DNA of 28,922 bases from Ignavibacteriales bacterium (GTDB lineage: Bacteria > Bacteroidota > Ignavibacteria > UBA10030 > UBA6906), in the NCBI GenBank assembly GCA_037441705.1, contig JBBIRR010000046.1, positions 1 through 28,922 of the forward strand, written 5' to 3'. Positions 24,851 to 28,922 of the stretch are shown piece by piece. Within the stretch, counting starts at the first letter, position 1, and each line of letters starts with the position of its first letter. Position numbers and translations under genes: made by a program. The notes under the pieces are model-generated. The model was not told the origin of the DNA. It was given only the letters and a program-made list of their open reading frames with translations, and made no database searches.

Positions 24851-25731
24851 TTTCTGTACTCTTCGTATGTTGTTTGATGGGTGGGGTCGATGGTGGCGAG
24901 ATCGAAAAAGACCTTCGGGTCGGGATAGCCCACAAACAATTCTGCAAGCTCTTTGTACTTCGTATCAAAGAACACACGGATGATCTGGTTGCGTGCATCG
25001 GCAGTCTTCTTCACATCACCAATCATCCGGATTGCCTCAAGAATATTCCGATAGGCTTGATCGGGGGCAGTCGCAAGCGAATCCAGTCCGGTGAAATGAT
25101 AGATGTACGACGCGCTGCGCACGGGCGCGAACCGGGCATTCAAAATCTCCTCTATCAACTGCAAACGACTGAAGCCGCTTGTCACCGGCTGCCAGCCTTT
25201 GGCGCCGGCTGAACGGCCCAGACTCGCAATGTCCGCGGCTTTCTGGAAGTGCGGCGTGCCGTTCAGATTGTCGTACGTGTCGTAGTCGTATCCAATAATC
25301 AAGTACGCATAAAAATCGAGGAAGCTCGCAAGGTCGTTGAAGGTGTACGGGTTGTGATTGATCGGCCGCGCCTTCACGTAGGTGAACTCCCACATATCGT
25401 CCTTCAGGCGCAGCACCGCGCTGGTTTGGTTGCCGTTGTAGATGGGGCGGCTGCTGCCGACGAACACCTGCGCCGAGTAGCGGTTCTCGCCGACGACGTT
25501 TTGCATGAAGATGTCCATCGTGCAACGGATGGGTTCGTCCAGGTTGTCGTTCCCCCAGTTGTAGTTGTTGACGTAGTCGCGGATGTCCGACTCAAAGTTG
25601 ACTAACAAATCTTTATGGGTGGATGGGATGGACTCGTAGTTGACCCGTATTTCACACTGCAACTGCTGGGCAAAGAGGAACGACGATGAAGCATGAAGGA
25701 TCGTGAGAGAAAGCAGCAGAGCCCTGAGCAT
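24838..25731 (-). CDS. DUF4835-family protein (T9SS-associated, PorD-like)
   Basis: AQQLQCEIRVN, QVFVGSSRPIYN, FYAYLIIGYDYDTY, YHFTGLD resemble recalled DUF4835 motifs; ATG 25731 gives a signal peptide and lies downstream of a promoter. Confidence 0.8.
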   Translation of the reverse strand: MLRALLLSLTILHASSSFLFAQQLQCEIRVNYESIPSTHKDLLVNFESDIRDYVNNYNWGNDNLDEPIRCTMDIFMQNVVGENRYSAQVFVGSSRPIYNGNQTSAVLRLKDDMWEFTYVKARPINHNPYTFNDLASFLDFYAYLIIGYDYDTYDNLNGTPHFQKAADIASLGRSAGAKGWQPVTSGFSRLQLIEEILNARFAPVRSASYIYHFTGLDSLATAPDQAYRNILEAIRMIGDVKKTADARNQIIRVFFDTKYKELAELFVGYPDPKVFFDLATIDPTHQTTYEEYRKKQK

Positions 25732-25761
25732 TGTCGAGTCCGGATAGTTGTACCTGTCTGC

Positions 25762-25790
25762 AATATAACCGTTTTGACTGCGGCGTTCAA
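25762..25790 (-). promoter_or_regulatory. sigma70-type promoter of the DUF4835 gene
   Basis: Minus strand TTGAAC-N17-TATATT. Confidence 0.6.
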
Positions 25791-25869
25791 GATGAACGTC
25801 GGCGTCCCATCGTTCTACCACTGAAATCAGTGTAGGGGGGAATCACGATGATCACATAAGGAGGTCACG

Positions 25870-26688
25870 ATGAAAACCTGCGTCGTCCTGCTGATGATGC
25901 TGCAGAGCATGCATGCCTTTGCGGCGTTCGAGCGGATTGCCTACGGTGCGCGCGGAGCGGCAATGGGCGGATCGTTGGTTGCCGTGGGCGGCAATGCGTG
26001 GTCGGCGTTCGTCAATCCTGCTGCACTGCGGACTGTCGAGGAGCGAACGGTGTCCCTTTACTACGCCCCGCGGCCGTTCGACATGAAAGAGCTCAGCTTC
26101 GGCGCGGCGGCGTACGTCGAGCCGACTTCTCTGGGTGCCTTTGGCTTCGCCGCAACACGATTTGGCTTTGACCTCTACCGCGAAACGCGTGCTGCTCTTT
26201 CATTTGCCGAGGAGTTCACGTCGGGGTTTCGGGCGGGTGTCAACGTCACCTACTACGGACTTGCCATCCGCAACTACGGCAGCGCTTCGGCGATCGGGTT
26301 CGATGTGGGCGTGCTCGTGGATGTGTCCGAAAGTGTGCGCTGGGGATTCGGCGCACTGAATCTTAGCGCACCAACCATTGGCGCCGCGCACGAGAAGCTG
26401 CCCCAGCATTTCACCACCGGCGTTGCGTACATGCCGTTTCACGGAGCACTCGTTACCGCAAGCGTGATCAAAGATGTCCGCTATCCGGTCGAGCTACATG
26501 TCGGCATCGAGTATACAATGCTCGAAATCCTCGCGGTGCGTGCAGGAACCACCAGCGACCCGAACACACTCAATGCCGGGCTGGGCGTGCGCGTGGAGTT
26601 TGCAGATTTCGACTACGCTTTCTCCTCGCATACCGAGTTGGGAGTGACGCATCAGGTTTCCGTGTCGTTGCGTTTGGGGATGTTCTAG
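25870..26688 (+). CDS. PorV/PorQ-like outer-membrane beta-barrel
   Basis: AAGGAGG RBS, signal peptide, GARGAAMGG...NPAAL, DYAF..H..LG.THQVS. Confidence 0.75.
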   Translation: MKTCVVLLMMLQSMHAFAAFERIAYGARGAAMGGSLVAVGGNAWSAFVNPAALRTVEERTVSLYYAPRPFDMKELSFGAAAYVEPTSLGAFGFAATRFGFDLYRETRAALSFAEEFTSGFRAGVNVTYYGLAIRNYGSASAIGFDVGVLVDVSESVRWGFGALNLSAPTIGAAHEKLPQHFTTGVAYMPFHGALVTASVIKDVRYPVELHVGIEYTMLEILAVRAGTTSDPNTLNAGLGVRVEFADFDYAFSSHTELGVTHQVSVSLRLGMF

Positions 26689-26711
26689 AACACGCACGAG
26701 GAGCCGACCTC

Positions 26712-28769
26712 ATGGATTCTTTATTGACACGATCTGCTCAGTCTCTGATGCTTCTTGTTTGCATCATGCTTCTATCCGCCGCGCCGGGGCGGGCACAGAA
26801 ACCTCAGGACACCACCACGATCACCGATCGAAGCGAGCAACAGATAGAGTCACTCCTCGAATCCGATGAACGCGAAACGGATGATTCCGAGACGCTCGAT
26901 TTTGTGGAATGGCTCAGCGATCATCCGCTCGACTTGAACACAGCTACAGCAGCCCAGCTTTCCATCATTCCCCAGCTCACGCCTGCGGAAGTTTCTGCGA
27001 TCACCCATTATCGAGCGTTGGTGAGGCGTTTCCAATCCGTCGAGCAGCTCGGCGCAATCCCCGGCAACGGCGAAGAGATCCTCACGAAAGTGTGCCCCTT
27101 CGTTGTCGTCAACGAGAGTGCCGAACGGAAGCGAACACCTTCGTACGACCGTACCGCCATAGCGCTGCGCTCGCGTGCTGTGCGTGACTTGCAGCCGCGC
27201 AAAGGGTTCCGCGACAACTCGTTCGCAGGCTCGCCTCTCAAAAGCTACAATAGACTGACGCTCTCGCAGGGGCAGCACCTTCAGGCGGGAGCGCTGTTCG
27301 AAAAGGATGCAGGCGAGCGAGCAGCCGATGGGTTTGTCTCGGGCTATCTCGCGCTCAATGATTGGTCCTTCATTGCGCAGGCTGTTCTCGGCGATTATGT
27401 TATCGAAGCCGGACAGGGGCTTGTTCTGTGGCGGTCCAGTGCGCCGGGTAAAGGAAGCGAGGCGATCGCTGTGACGAAGCGACACGGAGGCGCGATTCAA
27501 CCGTATCGGTCAACGGACGAATTTCATTTCTTGCGCGGCGCGGCGGTCACCTCACAGCTTGCCATCGGGGAGCAGACCATTGCGGCAACAGCATTTTATT
27601 CGCAGCGCGCGCTTCATGCAAGCGGCACCGATAGCTCCGTATCCAGCTTCTACGAGGAGGGATTGTTTCGAACGGACCATGAGCGTGCGCGCAAAGGATC
27701 TCTACAGGAAAAACTGTTCGGAGGACGACTGCACCTTCGCTCGGGCAACGATTGGGCCGTCGGTGGATCGTTCTATCGCTCGACGTTCGACAAGCCCATT
27801 ATCGCCGAACGCCTCTTTGAATTCGGCGGGCGATCCGCATCGGCGGCGGGACTTGACGCGGAAGTGAACTTCGGCGGAGGTGCCGGCTCGCGGTCACACT
27901 TCACGCTCTTTGGCGAACTTGCACGCGCCGACGGCATGGCGGGAATTGCAGGAACCATCCTCTCGTTCGGCCGAAGAACGACCATGGCGATGCTCTTCCG
28001 TTCCTACTCGCCTCGGTTCGTATCGCTGCATGCGTATGGATTCGGCGAAGGCACGAGCACCAAAAATGAGCGCGGCTTCTATCTCGGCGCAGAAGCCGAG
28101 TTGACGCGCGGGCTCCGCATCGCCGGCTACCTCGATCACTACACGTTCCCATGGCGAACCTTCAGCAATCCGCTGCCGGCTACCGGCAGAGACTACCTGC
28201 TGCAGATCCTTGCCTCGCCAACGCGCTCGCTCGATCTCGTTCTCCGGTACTCCAACAAAACACAGGAGGCAACCGAGGCGGCAACCGACAGTCTCCTCCG
28301 CTCCATCCGACCCATGGTTGACCGACAGCAGCACAAGCTGCGCCTTACCGCGATTCTGCAGGTGAGCAAGAATCTCCGCCTGAAGGGGAGAGTGGAAGCA
28401 ACCGAAGTTGAGTACGCCCCGCTCGAGAAGAACGAACGCGGCTTCCTCTTCTATCACGATCTTCGGTACGCGCCCTCTCGATCGCTCACACTCGAAGCCC
28501 GCGCCATCTTCTTCCACACCGACTCCTACGATTCACGTGTCTATGAGTATGAGAACGATCTGCGCGGCGTCTTTGCAAACCCGGCTCTCTACGGCAAGGG
28601 CTGGCGATGGTATTTGCTGATGCGGTGGAGCGTCGCAGACTTCATCTCGTTGGCTGCAAAGTACGCCGAGACAAGGAAGGACGGTGTCAGCTCGCTTGGC
28701 TCCGGGCCGACGGAAATTGCGGGAGATCTGGATAACCGTCTTGCGCTGCAACTGGAGATTGTTCTCTGA
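26712..28769 (+). CDS. Helix-hairpin-helix (ComEA-like) domain fused to a predicted beta-barrel
   Basis: GAGGAG RBS, signal peptide, PLDLNTATAAQL...FQSVEQLGAIPG HhH, EKDAGE, GQGLVLW, NERGFY, YEYEND. Confidence 0.82.
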   Translation: MDSLLTRSAQSLMLLVCIMLLSAAPGRAQKPQDTTTITDRSEQQIESLLESDERETDDSETLDFVEWLSDHPLDLNTATAAQLSIIPQLTPAEVSAITHYRALVRRFQSVEQLGAIPGNGEEILTKVCPFVVVNESAERKRTPSYDRTAIALRSRAVRDLQPRKGFRDNSFAGSPLKSYNRLTLSQGQHLQAGALFEKDAGERAADGFVSGYLALNDWSFIAQAVLGDYVIEAGQGLVLWRSSAPGKGSEAIAVTKRHGGAIQPYRSTDEFHFLRGAAVTSQLAIGEQTIAATAFYSQRALHASGTDSSVSSFYEEGLFRTDHERARKGSLQEKLFGGRLHLRSGNDWAVGGSFYRSTFDKPIIAERLFEFGGRSASAAGLDAEVNFGGGAGSRSHFTLFGELARADGMAGIAGTILSFGRRTTMAMLFRSYSPRFVSLHAYGFGEGTSTKNERGFYLGAEAELTRGLRIAGYLDHYTFPWRTFSNPLPATGRDYLLQILASPTRSLDLVLRYSNKTQEATEAATDSLLRSIRPMVDRQQHKLRLTAILQVSKNLRLKGRVEATEVEYAPLEKNERGFLFYHDLRYAPSRSLTLEARAIFFHTDSYDSRVYEYENDLRGVFANPALYGKGWRWYLLMRWSVADFISLAAKYAETRKDGVSSLGSGPTEIAGDLDNRLALQLEIVL

Positions 28770-28771
28770 TG

Positions 28772-28915
28772 AAATTGGGCGTTCCGGCGCTAAGCGCTTC
28801 GCAGCGCCGTCGGCGTCCTGCGGGCTCCGCTGTCGCTTCGGTGCTTCGCTGAGCAGCGCTCAGCACTGCCCGCCACAAAGCGGCGGGCACCCTCTGGCCG
28901 CCTAACGCAAAAGCA
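28772..28915 (+). repeat. 144-bp structured dispersed repeat, copy 2
   Basis: Near-identical to 20501-20644, immediately after the stop of the HhH gene. Confidence 0.9.
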
Positions 28916-28922
28916 CGCGTAT

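Noticed and set aside
23836-24877. ORFs across the intergenic repeat region (e.g. 23836-24477 minus, 24665-24877 plus)
   Set aside because: They translate palindromic repeats and have no protein-like motifs or RBS
334-28905. Numerous long antisense or alternate-frame ORFs (e.g. 18216-19370, 17181-18197, 7031-7729)
   Set aside because: Shadows of recognisable genes in GC-rich DNA, with no motifs of their own

Overview
Moderately GC-rich chromosomal window from a Gram-negative bacterium with a type IX secretion system (T9SS). The YPNPFN-type C-terminal domains, several PorV/PorQ-like barrels and DUF4835, combined with canonical TTGAC/TATATT sigma70-type promoters, suggest an Ignavibacteria-like member of the Bacteroidota-Chlorobi group (inference). 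Most genes are housekeeping or envelope genes: M14 carboxypeptidase, lysC, nth-like, two GT9, GT2, a TonB-dependent receptor, a TatD-radical SAM fusion, a HEAT-cyclophilin and an HhH protein. The standout is a compact locus at about 11970-15020. It has an 82-aa secreted-looking peptide carrying four tandem KSGVAAM(P/L)DSPRP units, with its own promoter, RBS and terminator. Divergently transcribed are an ~8-TM orphan membrane protein and an input-less NtrC-like AAA+/Fis-HTH protein lacking GAFTGA and the arginine fingers. A site-2 protease lies next door. This looks like a candidate multi-copy peptide-pheromone signalling system. Also notable are an orphan ~110-nt structured transcript with its own promoter (about 24731-24850), a ~1 kb non-coding region packed with REP-like and nested palindromic elements, and a 144-bp dispersed repeat present twice. 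All calls come from reading the sequence; no searches were run.
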